DNA from: a bacterium
Lineage (GTDB): Bacteria; JAHJDO01
Direction of reading: 5' to 3'
DNA: 64,000 nucleotides
NCBI GenBank assembly: GCA_030652805.1
Contig: JAUSPT010000032.1
Coordinates: forward strand, 6,973 to 70,972
Notes under the pieces: generated by a model
What the model was told of the DNA's origin: nothing
Databases searched by the model: none
Seen by the model: the letters and a program-made list of their open reading frames with translations, nothing else
In this document: positions 19,725-29,632 of the stretch, piece after piece
How positions within the stretch are numbered: position 1 is the first letter of the stretch
Layout of the letters: every line of letters starts with the position of its first letter
Program-made: the position numbers and the translations under genes

Positions 19725-20672
19725 ATGAAGAAAATCGCATATGTATTTCCTGGACAAGGTTCCCAATATGTTGGAATGGCAAAAGACTTCTACCATGATT
19801 ATTCGTGTGCTAAAGATATTTTTCAATGCGCAAATAAAATTCTCAAATATGATATTGCAAAATTATGTTTTGAAGGCCCTATAGAAATTCTGAGCGCTAC
19901 AGAGAATTGTCAACCAGCAATACTTACAGCGAGTATTGCCTGTTTGGTTGTGCTTGATGAACTTCTTAAAAGAGAATCTGTTTCTTCTGTTGCAGGCCAC
20001 AGTTTGGGGGAATACTCTGCTTTGGTAGCCGCAAACGCATTGGATCTGGAATCCGCATTACTGCTTGTCAAAAAGAGAGGGCTTTTTATACAGGAATCAT
20101 CTCAGCAATATCCGGGAACAATGGCAGCGATTATCGGATTAGATGTAAAACAAGTAAAAAATATTTGCAAGATCTCCTATAAATATGGAATTGTACAGAT
20201 TGCCAATTACAATTGTCCAGGACAAATTGTCATATCAGGTGAACATAAAGCTGTTGATAAAGCAATAGAGGAAGCCATTTCTACAGGAGCTCGAAAAACA
20301 ATCAAACTAGCGGTGAGCGGTCCATTTCATTCCTGTCTAATGCAATCCGCAGAGGAAAAATTATATGATGAACTGCAAAATTACGACGTTAAAAATGCAA
20401 ATATTCCCATATATGCAAATGTTTCCGCAAAACCGATAACACAGCCCTCTGATATAAAAGAGGCATTGACTAAACAGATAACAGGTTCTGTACTATGGGA
20501 AGACTCAATTAAAAACATGATATCAGCAGGAATTAGTACATTTATCGAAGTAGGACCAAAGAGAGTATTATCAGGACTTATCTCAAGAATTGATAAGAAC
20601 ATCCAGGTTATTAATCTAAACGACGAACAAAGTCTGGATAAGACAAAAACCATTCTAAATAGTATGACGTGA
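19725..20672 (+). CDS. fabD: malonyl-CoA:ACP transacylase
   Basis: GHSLGE active-site serine motif. N-terminus FPGQGSQ. Confidence 0.9.
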   Translation: MKKIAYVFPGQGSQYVGMAKDFYHDYSCAKDIFQCANKILKYDIAKLCFEGPIEILSATENCQPAILTASIACLVVLDELLKRESVSSVAGHSLGEYSALVAANALDLESALLLVKKRGLFIQESSQQYPGTMAAIIGLDVKQVKNICKISYKYGIVQIANYNCPGQIVISGEHKAVDKAIEEAISTGARKTIKLAVSGPFHSCLMQSAEEKLYDELQNYDVKNANIPIYANVSAKPITQPSDIKEALTKQITGSVLWEDSIKNMISAGISTFIEVGPKRVLSGLISRIDKNIQVINLNDEQSLDKTKTILNSMT

Positions 20673-20684
20673 GAGGAGATCAAA

Positions 20685-21128
20685 ATGAAGGTTGTTTTAA
20701 AACAAGATATTGACAAGCTAGGAAGCACAGGGGATATAGTGAAAGTAGCAGACGGCTATGGCAGAAACTATCTATTACCACACGGATTAGCTCTTAAAGC
20801 AACTCCAGGTGCTGAGAAAGTTGCAGAACATATCAAAAAAGCTAAAGGCAGAAAAATACGGGAGGAAAAAGCAGGATTTGAAGAGATAGCAAAAAAACTT
20901 TCTAGTTTATCTTTAACAATTCCTGTTCAAGTTGGAGAAGATGAAAAAATGTATGGCTCTGTCACTTCTATTGATATTGCAAACATGCTAAAGCAAGAAG
21001 GAATAGAAATTGATAAGAAGAATATCTCATTAAAAGATCCAATTAAAAAGCTAGGTATCTTCAATATTCAGATCAAACTTCATCCAGAAGTAACAGCAGA
21101 AGTGAAAACGTGGGTAGTAAAGGCATAA
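20685..21128 (+). CDS. rplI: 50S ribosomal protein L9
   Basis: 147 aa. MKVVLKQDIDKLGSTGDIVKVADGYGRNYLLP is a canonical L9 N-domain. Confidence 0.9.
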   Translation: MKVVLKQDIDKLGSTGDIVKVADGYGRNYLLPHGLALKATPGAEKVAEHIKKAKGRKIREEKAGFEEIAKKLSSLSLTIPVQVGEDEKMYGSVTSIDIANMLKQEGIEIDKKNISLKDPIKKLGIFNIQIKLHPEVTAEVKTWVVKA

Positions 21129-21129
21129 T

Positions 21130-22110
21130 TTGTTTATTGATAATGTTGTCATACATGTAAAAGCAGGAGACGGTGGTAATGGATGTGTAAGCTTCCGCAG
21201 AGAAAAATGTGTTCCAAAAGGCGGTCCTGACGGTGGAGACGGCGGAAAAGGCGGAGACATCATTATTGAAGCTGTCCCCAATCAAAGAACTCTTATCAGT
21301 TTTCTGCATAGAAAACACATCAAAGGCAAAAATGGCCAGCATGGCAAAGGCAAAAAAATGTTTGGCAGAAACAGTCCTGACATTTTGCTGGAAGTTCCTG
21401 TCGGAACGGTTATAAAAGAGAATAATCAAATCATAGCAGATCTATGTCATCAGAGTGACAAGATCATAGTTGCGCGTGGCGGAAGAGGAGGAAAAGGAAA
21501 TGCCAAATTTTCCACATCTATCAGACGCGTTCCGCGAATCGCAGAAGAAGGCAAAGAAGGAGAAGAAAAGGATATTAGATTAGAGCTGCGCCTAATCGCT
21601 GATGTTGGGCTGGTTGGATATCCAAATTCAGGAAAATCCACTTTGCTTTCCCGCATATCACATGCCAGACCTAAAATAGCTGATTATCCATTTACCACTA
21701 TAGAGCCGCTTTTAGGAGTTGTAAAAGTACACGACTCATCCTTTGTAGCTGCTGATATCCCTGGATTGATAGAAGGCGCAAGCAATGGGAAAGGCATGGG
21801 AAACAAGTTTTTGGCTCACATAAGCAGAACAAAAATCATTCTGCATCTTATTGATATGTCTGATGAAAACGCATATTCAAAATTTAATGCTATTAATAAG
21901 GAATTATCTCTATATAATTTAGGTGATCGAGCCCAAATAATAGTTGCTAATAAGATGGACATAATTACTGCACAAACCAACCTAAAAGATTTTAGAAAAA
22001 AGTTGCATTCAAAGGAGATATTTGCTATTTCTGCACTCACTGGAGAAGGAGTAAAAAAGTTAATCTATTACATTGATAAACTACTGAACAGTGAAGAGAG
22101 ACAAATATGA
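21130..22110 (+). CDS. obg: GTPase Obg
   Basis: TTG start. Glycine-rich Obg fold (GGNGCVSF, GGDGGKGG) followed by a GTPase domain (GYPNSGKST). Confidence 0.9.
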   Translation: MFIDNVVIHVKAGDGGNGCVSFRREKCVPKGGPDGGDGGKGGDIIIEAVPNQRTLISFLHRKHIKGKNGQHGKGKKMFGRNSPDILLEVPVGTVIKENNQIIADLCHQSDKIIVARGGRGGKGNAKFSTSIRRVPRIAEEGKEGEEKDIRLELRLIADVGLVGYPNSGKSTLLSRISHARPKIADYPFTTIEPLLGVVKVHDSSFVAADIPGLIEGASNGKGMGNKFLAHISRTKIILHLIDMSDENAYSKFNAINKELSLYNLGDRAQIIVANKMDIITAQTNLKDFRKKLHSKEIFAISALTGEGVKKLIYYIDKLLNSEERQI

Positions 22111-23225
22111 ATAGAAAAGAGCTAATCAAGAGTTCCAAGTGCATTGTTATTAAGATAGGTACATATGTGCTGACCTCAGACACTGGGTTAAATAGAACAA
22201 GAATATCCAATATTGCCGAAGAAATAGTGGAACTGCGAAAACAAAATATTAAAATAATTATTGTGTCCTCAGGTGCTATAGGCGCAGGCATGAAAGTTTT
22301 GGGCATTGGGAAGCATTCATTGACAATATCAAAAAAACAAGCTGTTGCTGCTGTAGGGCAGAATGAGCTAATGCATACTTATAAAGAAATCTTCGGAAAA
22401 AGAGGATATCATACTGCGCAGATTCTGCTCACAAGAGATGACTTTAAGTCCAGACTTAGATACCTCAATATACGTAATACAATAATGGAACTATTTAAAG
22501 CGAATGTTATTCCTATTGTTAATGAAAACGACACTGTTGCAACTGAGGAAATTAAGTTTGGGGATAACGATACTCTTTCTGCACTTGTTGCTAATCTCTT
22601 AGATGCAGACCTTTTAATTATGCTTTCTAATATTGATGGACTGTTTACTGTTGATCCCCAAAAAAGTAAGCAAGCTTTTCTTATATCTGAAGTCGATAAA
22701 ATCCGATCTAAAATAGAGTCGTATGCTTCTGACTCAAAAACAGGGGTTGGAGGCATGTTGACAAAAATAACTGCAGCCAAAATGGGAACACAGTCAGGGG
22801 TGACTGTAATAATAGCTAATGGGCTTAAAAAAAATATTGTCTCTAGAATAATGAATGGAGAAAAAATTGGCACGATCTTTCTCCCAAAAATTGACAAAAG
22901 AAAAACAGGCCGAAAAAAATGGATAGCATTTGCTCATTATATAAGAGGGACAATTATTGTTGATAAAGGAGCAAAACAAGTTTTAATAAACAAAGGCAAG
23001 AGCCTTTTATCCACAGGCATTATTGCCTCAAAAGGAAAATATAACATAGGAGACGTAGTTGGAATTGCTGATGCCAGAGGCAGTGAATTTGCGAGAGGAC
23101 TGGTTAATTATTCAGATAAAGATGTAGCAAAAATTAAAGGGAATAAGACTTCCCAAATCGAAAGCATACTCGGTTATAAGTCTTATGATGAAGTAATACA
23201 CAGGGATAATCTGGTGATATTATGA
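22107..23225 (+). CDS. proB: glutamate 5-kinase (with PUA domain)
   Basis: 372 aa. Amino-acid kinase fold plus a C-terminal PUA domain. Overlaps the obg stop. Confidence 0.9.
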   Translation: MNRKELIKSSKCIVIKIGTYVLTSDTGLNRTRISNIAEEIVELRKQNIKIIIVSSGAIGAGMKVLGIGKHSLTISKKQAVAAVGQNELMHTYKEIFGKRGYHTAQILLTRDDFKSRLRYLNIRNTIMELFKANVIPIVNENDTVATEEIKFGDNDTLSALVANLLDADLLIMLSNIDGLFTVDPQKSKQAFLISEVDKIRSKIESYASDSKTGVGGMLTKITAAKMGTQSGVTVIIANGLKKNIVSRIMNGEKIGTIFLPKIDKRKTGRKKWIAFAHYIRGTIIVDKGAKQVLINKGKSLLSTGIIASKGKYNIGDVVGIADARGSEFARGLVNYSDKDVAKIKGNKTSQIESILGYKSYDEVIHRDNLVIL

Positions 23226-24463
23226 TAAGAAAAATCGCTCAGCATGCAAAAGATGCGTCAAGAGTGTTGGCAATTCTTTCAACAGAAGAAAAAAATAAAG
23301 CCCTTCTGGCTATTGCCAATGGTGTTAAAAAAAACAAATCTAAAATTTTATCTGCAAATATCATTGATATCAAACGTGCAAAGGGAAACAACCTGTCCCC
23401 TGCTTTAATAGACCGTCTAACTTTAACTCCACAGCGAATAGAAAATATTTGCAACGCCTTGGGGCAACTAACTAAACTCCCAGACCCTGTTGGCAGAATA
23501 CTTAGCAAGACAACCAGGTCAAATAAATTAAGAATAGAAAAGGTAAGCGTACCTATTGGAGTTATTGGTATAATCTATGAATCTCGGCCTAATGTCACTG
23601 TGGACGCAGCAAGCCTTTGTCTAAAAGCTGGTAACGCTGTAATCCTTCGCGGAGGAAAAGAATCTATAAATTCAAATATTGCTTTATATCAAATAATGAT
23701 AAATAGTCTGCGAAAAACAAAAGTTCCTCCTAGTTCCATTCAAATGATAAAAAGCACTGATCGTAAAATGGTGAATCGCATGTTAAAAATGGATAAATAT
23801 ATTGATCTTATAATTCCGCGCGGAGGTGCTGGCCTTATACAATTTGTTGCTAAAAATTCTACTATTCCTGTAATTAAACATAGTGACGGAATATGTCACA
23901 CTTATGTTGATAAACATGCAGATATTGATATTGCAAAAACTGTATGTTTCAATGCGAAAGTCCAGCGTCCGGGAGTATGCAATGCAATGGAGACGCTTCT
24001 TGTTCATAAAGATATTGCCAAGGTCTTTCTGCCTCAGATGATAGATATGTTCAGGAATGCAGGCGTTGAAATAAGAGGCTGTAGAAAAACCAAAGAAATT
24101 GCCCCTGAGATAAAACTAGCAAAGGAGAAAGATTGGTCAACTGAATATCTTGACTTAATACTTTCCATCAAGATAGTGTCCGCAGAACAAGAGGCAATCA
24201 ATCACATTAATACATATGGATCCTGCCATTCTGACGCTATAATTACAAAAGATAGTTCATCTGCAGATAGGTTTCTGAAAGAAGTAGATTCTGCTACTGT
24301 ATATGTCAATTCATCTACTCGATTTACTGATGGTGGCGAATTTGGATTAGGCGCTGAAATTGGTATAAGTACAGGCAAGCTGCATGCCAGAGGACCTATG
24401 GGATTGGAAGAACTCACAACTTACAAATACCTTATATTTGGCAATGGCCAGGTGCGAATATAA
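23222..24463 (+). CDS. proA: gamma-glutamyl phosphate reductase
   Basis: 413 aa aldehyde-dehydrogenase-fold protein. Coupled to proB. Confidence 0.9.
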   Translation: MIRKIAQHAKDASRVLAILSTEEKNKALLAIANGVKKNKSKILSANIIDIKRAKGNNLSPALIDRLTLTPQRIENICNALGQLTKLPDPVGRILSKTTRSNKLRIEKVSVPIGVIGIIYESRPNVTVDAASLCLKAGNAVILRGGKESINSNIALYQIMINSLRKTKVPPSSIQMIKSTDRKMVNRMLKMDKYIDLIIPRGGAGLIQFVAKNSTIPVIKHSDGICHTYVDKHADIDIAKTVCFNAKVQRPGVCNAMETLLVHKDIAKVFLPQMIDMFRNAGVEIRGCRKTKEIAPEIKLAKEKDWSTEYLDLILSIKIVSAEQEAINHINTYGSCHSDAIITKDSSSADRFLKEVDSATVYVNSSTRFTDGGEFGLGAEIGISTGKLHARGPMGLEELTTYKYLIFGNGQVRI

Positions 24464-25044
24464 TGCGCATTGGTATTATGGGCGGTACTTTTAATCCCAT
24501 TCATTATGGGCATCTTGTAAGCGCTTCCGAAGTTTGCAGCAAATTCAAGCTGGACAAGGTAATATTTGTTCCTTCATCCATTAATCCACTCAAAAACACA
24601 TCCAATCTTGTCGGAGCTCATCATCGTCTTAAGATGATAAAATTGGCAATAGCCGATAATCCCCGGTTTGAGGATTCAGACATTGAAATAAAAAGAGGAG
24701 GCGCATCCTATACTATAGATACGATTAAAACATTTGTAAAAAAATATGGCAAAGATGTTAATATATATTTCATAATAGGCACAGATGCTTTTTTGGAAAT
24801 AAATAGCTGGGCATCTCCTGATGCGCTTTTAAGAATGTGCAAGTTCATAGTAACAACCCGTCCAGGATATGATATTAAAGAGGCAAAACTTGTTTTTAAG
24901 AAGTATATTGAAATAATGAAGATTACCTATCTTAAAATCTCTTCTTCTGATATTCGAGAGAGGATAAAATCCGGTACTCCGATAAGATACCTATTGCCCA
25001 AGAAGGTTGAAGATTATATACAAAAACATGAACTGTATAAATAA
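24463..25044 (+). CDS. nadD: nicotinate-nucleotide adenylyltransferase
   Basis: 193 aa. HxGH motif (GGTFNPIHYGH). Confidence 0.85.
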   Translation: MRIGIMGGTFNPIHYGHLVSASEVCSKFKLDKVIFVPSSINPLKNTSNLVGAHHRLKMIKLAIADNPRFEDSDIEIKRGGASYTIDTIKTFVKKYGKDVNIYFIIGTDAFLEINSWASPDALLRMCKFIVTTRPGYDIKEAKLVFKKYIEIMKITYLKISSSDIRERIKSGTPIRYLLPKKVEDYIQKHELYK

Positions 25045-25047
25045 AAA

Positions 25048-25399
25048 ACAAGCAGGTCTATAAGCCGGATTCTGTAGCAGTTGACCATCTATCTTGTACC
25101 GACATTGCTATCGGTCTCTAGCGGCCTACCCAAGGGTTAAATTGAGACGAGCAGCCTCTTCCCTCTTACTTAGCCTTTCTCCAGATGGGGTTTGCCATGC
25201 GCCTGACATTACCATCAGACCGGTGTGCTCTTACCACACCATTTCAACTTTTCCAAGTGTCTAATTAGACACTTGGAAGTTTGCTTTCTGCTGCACTTTC
25301 CTCGGAATTGCTTCCATCCTATGTTACAGGACATCTTGCTTTCTGGAGCCCGGACTTTCCTCCCCGACATACATCGAGGCGGTCAACCGACCTGCTTGC
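25048..25399 (-). ncRNA. rnpB: RNase P RNA, bacterial type A
   Basis: On the minus strand the universally conserved GGAGGAAAGTCCGGGCTCC (P4) is present, with GGTAAGAGCACACC, ACAGAATCCGGCTTATAGACCTGCTTG, and a P1 pairing of GCAAGCAGGTC with GACCTGCTTGT. Confidence 0.85.
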
Positions 25400-25771
25400 T
25401 AATTTATCAGCTTCTTTATTATTGGCACGTTCTATGTGTGTAATATTGAATTTTTTAAATCCACCTTTTAGATGCTGAACCTGTTTATATAAGCGAAACA
25501 AGTTATCATCTCTGACTTTGTAAATGCCTTGTATTTGATTTGCAATAAGCTCGCTATCTGTAAAAATAGTAATATTCTGCACTCTCATAATCAGAGCTTC
25601 CTGCATAGCAAAAACTACAGCCATATACTCAGCTACATTATTTGTTGTAACTCCTATGTCTTGAGAAAATTCCCTTACCTTCTTCCCTTCACAAAAAAAC
25701 ACAATACCGATACCTGCTTTTCCTGGATTACCTTTAGATGCCCCATCAACGTATATAGTTAACTCATCCAT
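25319..25771 (-). CDS. rnhA: ribonuclease HI
   Basis: 150 aa. RNase H fold with DEDD residues (YVDGAS ... AEYMAV ... TDS ... NKEAD). The last roughly 27 codons run into rnpB. Confidence 0.8.
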   Translation of the reverse strand: MDELTIYVDGASKGNPGKAGIGIVFFCEGKKVREFSQDIGVTTNNVAEYMAVVFAMQEALIMRVQNITIFTDSELIANQIQGIYKVRDDNLFRLYKQVQHLKGGFKKFNITHIERANNKEADKLASRSVDRLDVCRGGKSGLQKARCPVT

Positions 25772-26491
25772 CTAATTATTTTCCTTTATATACAGTATAC
25801 GCGAACATCTCTCACATACAGCAACTCCGTTACCAGCCTTTGTATTATTTATAATCTGTGGAGGTAATTCCATATGACAGCCTCCACATGTTCCATCACT
25901 AATATTCACAATACCCACTCCATTCTTCAAATCTCTAATTCTTTCATATTTGGCTACAATAGCGTCACTTATAGCACTAACTAAATTCTTTCGATCTTCT
26001 TGCCTTTTTTGAAGCTCCTGTTCAATCTGGTCTACCTTCTTCTTATTATCTTGCTCTTCCTGTTCAAGTTTTCCATTCTCCAGCTTAATCTCCTCTGCCT
26101 TTTTTTCTATATTCTCATGTGCTACATCTGATTGTTCCATTAATGAGAGTATCTCATCTTCTAATATAGAATTTTTCTCTTGTATTTGTTCAATCTCATG
26201 CTGCAAAGAGGTATATTCTTTATTCGTCTTAACAGAATACTGTTGTGTTTTATATTTCTTTATTGCTTCTGTACCACTGTCAAGTTCGACCTCTTTTAAT
26301 TTTCTATTCTTCTGAATCTCCACAAACTCTGACTCTAAAACTGCTAACTCGTCTTTCTTTGCCTTAAAACTCCTATAATGAGCATCCATTTCTTTGGGTA
26401 TTCTTTTTATCTCTGTATCTAAATTTTTTATTTGCTCATCTAAATCTTGGACATTGACTAGTAACTTAATATCATTCTCTAGTTCTGTCAT
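25772..26491 (-). CDS. coiled-coil zinc-ribbon protein (COG1579 family)
   Basis: 239 aa. A long coiled coil followed by a C-terminal CGGCHMELPP...CERCSRILY zinc ribbon. Confidence 0.7.
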   Translation of the reverse strand: MTELENDIKLLVNVQDLDEQIKNLDTEIKRIPKEMDAHYRSFKAKKDELAVLESEFVEIQKNRKLKEVELDSGTEAIKKYKTQQYSVKTNKEYTSLQHEIEQIQEKNSILEDEILSLMEQSDVAHENIEKKAEEIKLENGKLEQEEQDNKKKVDQIEQELQKRQEDRKNLVSAISDAIVAKYERIRDLKNGVGIVNISDGTCGGCHMELPPQIINNTKAGNGVAVCERCSRILYIKENN

Positions 26492-26649
26492 TTACCTTTA
26501 CCTTGAGTATGCTTCTCTATGTCAGCCTCCTTCTTCATATAACACTCCTCGCAGTTATAAATCGCTCTTGCTTGTGTCCTATCATAACCTTTTTCAAGAA
26601 CAATCCTCTTTACATTGAGAACCTCTTTACCACACGTATCACATTTCAT
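26488..26649 (-). CDS. small C4 zinc-ribbon protein
   Basis: 53 aa starting at MKCDTCGKE, with a GGAG ribosome-binding site 8 nt upstream. The track ORF 26488-26718 is an upstream over-extension that runs through the tRNA. Confidence 0.5.
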   Translation of the reverse strand: MKCDTCGKEVLNVKRIVLEKGYDRTQARAIYNCEECYMKKEADIEKHTQGKGK

Positions 26650-26665
26650 ACTTAATCTCCCCATT

Positions 26666-26740
26666 TGGTGGGCGATACTGGGTTTGAACCAGTGACTTCT
26701 ACTCTGTGAAAGTAGCACTCTACCGCTGAGTTAATCGCCC
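26666..26740 (-). tRNA. tRNA-Val (anticodon CAC)
   Basis: Folds as a cloverleaf with acceptor GGGCGAT/ATCGCCC, D-stem ACTC/GAGT, anticodon stem CTACT/AGTAG with loop TTCACAG, T-arm ACTGG/CCAGT with loop TTCAAAC. CCA is encoded. Confidence 0.85.
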
Positions 26741-26797
26741 AAAAACTCACAGAAGTTTATATCACAAAAATTTTATATTTTCAAACTTACCTAAATC

Positions 26798-26876
26798 TGG
26801 TACGCCTGAGAGGATTCGAACCTCCGACACAGGGATTAGGAATCCCTTGCTCTATCCATTACTGAGCTACAGGCGC
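26798..26876 (-). tRNA. tRNA-Arg (anticodon CCT)
   Basis: Cloverleaf with acceptor GCGCCTG/CAGGCGT (one G-U pair), anticodon stem AGGGA/TCCCT with loop TTCCTAA, T-arm GGAGG/CCTCT with loop TTCGAAT. CCA is encoded. Confidence 0.8.
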
Positions 26877-26884
26877 ATATTCGC

Positions 26885-27397
26885 TCAATATTTTATCAAT
26901 GAACTTACTTCATATCCTTCAAGTTTCTCAGCGCCTTTCAGAAACGTAAGGTCTATAAGAAACACGATCTTTGATACATTTCCGCCAAGTTTCTTAACAA
27001 GTTTAACTGTTGCCAAACTTGTTCCGCCTGTTGCAAGAAGGTCATCTATAACCAGAACACTATCTCCATGTTTTATTGCGTCTTCATGTATTTCCAATGT
27101 ATCAGTGCCGTATTCCAGTGTGTATGTCTCCTTTATTGTCTTGTATGGAAGTTTTCCCGGCTTTCTGAGCGGAACAAACCCTGCTCCAAGCTTGTATGCC
27201 AACGCTCCGCCGAATATAAAACCTCTTGCTTCTACAGCAACTACAATATCAATCTTTTTTTCCTCGCATTCTTCTGCAAGTTTATCAACCGCCTCTTTAA
27301 ACGCATCTTTATCCTTAAGTAATGTAGTTATATCTTTAAAAATTATACCCTTTTTGGGGAAATCGGGCACGTCCCGAATCAAATCTTTTAAGTCCAT
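26885..27397 (-). CDS. apt: adenine phosphoribosyltransferase
   Basis: 170 aa. PRPP-binding motif VLVIDDLLATGGT. Confidence 0.9.
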   Translation of the reverse strand: MDLKDLIRDVPDFPKKGIIFKDITTLLKDKDAFKEAVDKLAEECEEKKIDIVVAVEARGFIFGGALAYKLGAGFVPLRKPGKLPYKTIKETYTLEYGTDTLEIHEDAIKHGDSVLVIDDLLATGGTSLATVKLVKKLGGNVSKIVFLIDLTFLKGAEKLEGYEVSSLIKY

Positions 27398-27421
27398 TTT
27401 ACCCTCCTTGTTAGTTCCATT

Positions 27422-28438
27422 TTACCTTAACCTAAAAATCATATATGTACTGGCAATGTATACCATAATTATAGCTATTGCGTCCCAACCAAGCTTAAGA
27501 AAGGATTTTTTTGATCTATAAATGATCCCAACTATCACAATCATCGTTAAAAGAATTCCCATAACTGCTGTCAGAATGTGCGTAGAAGATAGATAGGCAT
27601 ATATAGAACCTGTTCTGTATAAGACATCGCTGATTGGTATCAGCACTATATTGAGCATGTTGCTTCCAAATATATTTCCAATCGCCATATCAAAAAGACC
27701 CATTTTAACTGCTCCTATTGTTGCCATAAGCTCAGGAAGAGATGTTACTATCGCAAGGAAAAGGCTGCCAACAAAAGTTTCCCCTAATCCGGTTCCTACG
27801 GCTATAAGTTTAGCAGTGTGAGCAACCCATATACTTCCTCCAAAAATAGCTGCTGCACAAAACAGATAGCCAAAAATTGTCTTTGCAACGGAAACATTCT
27901 CATATTTTTTTTCTTCTGCCACTTCCCTATCCTGAGATTCATCAGAATGATGTTCATCAGAATTACGATATTGATATCTAAATGAAAGACGCATGCCTAC
28001 TAAATATATTCCTATTATCAAGAAACTTGCAGGACCTATAGAAAAGACTGACATTGCATCTTTCAATAACATGCCTAAAATCGCCACTACTGAGAGAATT
28101 GCAGAAATTGCACCCAGTAAAATTAACCCAAGATTTACTTTCCTTAAAATCGGGCCATGACCTTGAATAATATCGAGTATCGCGATTATAAAAAGATTAA
28201 ATATGATACTTCCAAGGACATTGCCTGCAGCTAAATTAGGAGCTTTCTCAATAACTACGGAACTGCACGTAGTGAAAAGTTCAGGAAGCGCTGTTGCACC
28301 GGCAAGAAATATCATTCCTACCCATGCCCGGCCAATACCTGTCTTTTCGGCAATTATATCCCCGTATTTTGATAACTTAAAACCAGCAAGAATAATTATA
28401 ATTGCGCCTATTGAGAATTGAATCCAAACATTTAGCAT
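27422..28438 (-). CDS. Na+/Ca2+ exchanger family (CaCA, YrbG-like) membrane protein
   Basis: 338 aa polytopic protein with two alpha-repeat regions (GNVLGS..., GNIFGSNMLN). Confidence 0.75.
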   Translation of the reverse strand: MLNVWIQFSIGAIIIILAGFKLSKYGDIIAEKTGIGRAWVGMIFLAGATALPELFTTCSSVVIEKAPNLAAGNVLGSIIFNLFIIAILDIIQGHGPILRKVNLGLILLGAISAILSVVAILGMLLKDAMSVFSIGPASFLIIGIYLVGMRLSFRYQYRNSDEHHSDESQDREVAEEKKYENVSVAKTIFGYLFCAAAIFGGSIWVAHTAKLIAVGTGLGETFVGSLFLAIVTSLPELMATIGAVKMGLFDMAIGNIFGSNMLNIVLIPISDVLYRTGSIYAYLSSTHILTAVMGILLTMIVIVGIIYRSKKSFLKLGWDAIAIIMVYIASTYMIFRLR

Positions 28439-29539
28439 TTATTTAACCAGTTTGGAAAGTTTTTTATTCTGCTTAATATTCTCTAAAAGTTTTTTTACTT
28501 TCTGTGCCTCTGTTTTCTTGCAGACCAGTACAACATCCCCTGTGTTTACAATGATTAAATCTGAAACACCTATAGCGGTTATTGGACTCTTATCCCCTAT
28601 TAATATACAATTCTTTGTATCAATGCCTATATAATCTCCTACAACGATATTGCCATCATCATCTTTTTTATAAACTTTCTCCAAAGCGAGCCATGAGCCT
28701 ACATCATTCCAGTCAAAGAGACCTTCTACAACGCTTACATTTTTCGCCCTCTCCATAACTCCGTAATCAATTGAGATCTTTTCCAGCTTCTCATACTCCT
28801 CTTTTATAACTTCATCCCTGAGTGAAGATGAAAGAGAATTGTCTATAACCTTTAGCGCATTATAAAGTTCAGGCATATATTTCTTAAACGCTTCTTCTAT
28901 GCACTTAGTTGTCCATACAAACATACCGCTATTCCAATAATACTCACCTTTCTTAAAATACTCTCTTGCAGTTTTCAAATCAGGCTTTTCTCTGAACTCA
29001 ACTACCTTAAAAATACCAGGCGTATCACTACCATACTCAGTAAATATTTTGTCTCCTCTGTGAATATATCCGTAACCAGTTTCCGGATAGCTTGGTTTTA
29101 TACCTATTGTAACAAGATCCCCTTCTTCAGCTGCTATACAAGCTGTAGTAATGGTCTTTTTAAATTGTCCAATATCCTTTATAATATGGTCCGCTGGCAA
29201 TACAACCGTAATGGAATTTTTGTCTCTTTTTTGAATAATTAAATTGGCAAGACCTATTGCTGCCGCAGTATTTCTAGCAAATGGCTCAATTATAATATTC
29301 TCTTTGGGGATATGAGAAACTTGTTTATGTATCTCATTTTCTAACCCAATTCGGGTGACTATAAAAATATTTTTTGAAGAAGTTAGAGCTTGCGCTCTTT
29401 TTACTGTTTCTTGAAGCATGGTATTCTTAGAACCTATTGGCAATAACTGCTTAGGATTTCTTTCCCTGCTCTTTGGCCAAAATCTCTCCCCGCTCCCTCC
29501 TGCCATAATAACAACATTCAACATAACCATGTCCCTCAC
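28439..29539 (-). CDS. mannose-1-phosphate guanylyltransferase
   Basis: Nucleotidyltransferase motif MAGGSGERFWP. About 360 aa. The true start is probably the internal MLNVVIMAGG. Confidence 0.8.
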   Translation of the reverse strand: MRDMVMLNVVIMAGGSGERFWPKSRERNPKQLLPIGSKNTMLQETVKRAQALTSSKNIFIVTRIGLENEIHKQVSHIPKENIIIEPFARNTAAAIGLANLIIQKRDKNSITVVLPADHIIKDIGQFKKTITTACIAAEEGDLVTIGIKPSYPETGYGYIHRGDKIFTEYGSDTPGIFKVVEFREKPDLKTAREYFKKGEYYWNSGMFVWTTKCIEEAFKKYMPELYNALKVIDNSLSSSLRDEVIKEEYEKLEKISIDYGVMERAKNVSVVEGLFDWNDVGSWLALEKVYKKDDDGNIVVGDYIGIDTKNCILIGDKSPITAIGVSDLIIVNTGDVVLVCKKTEAQKVKKLLENIKQNKKLSKLVK

Positions 29540-29632
29540 TTTTAATAATGCAAGAATATCACAAATTTAGTTTTAAATAAATAAAGAACTATGTCATAAT
29601 GTTGTCAAAGCCTGAATGATAAGGAACTTACC

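Noticed and set aside
22409-22897. 162-aa minus-strand ORF
   Set aside because: Antisense to proB, which has unambiguous kinase and PUA motifs.
25225-25478. Two plus-strand ORFs (72 aa and 65 aa) inside the rnpB region
   Set aside because: They lie entirely within, and antisense to, the RNase P RNA. They have no ribosome-binding site and low complexity, so they are spurious.
26488-26718. 76-aa ORF as listed in the track
   Set aside because: Its N-terminal 23 codons are encoded by tRNA-Val. A ribosome-binding-site-preceded internal Met gives a plausible 53-aa protein instead.
26847-27521. 224-aa plus-strand ORF
   Set aside because: It is antisense to the clearly recognisable apt gene and to the start of the CaCA transporter gene. 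Ser/Pro/Leu-rich low-complexity translation is typical of an antisense frame in AT-rich DNA.
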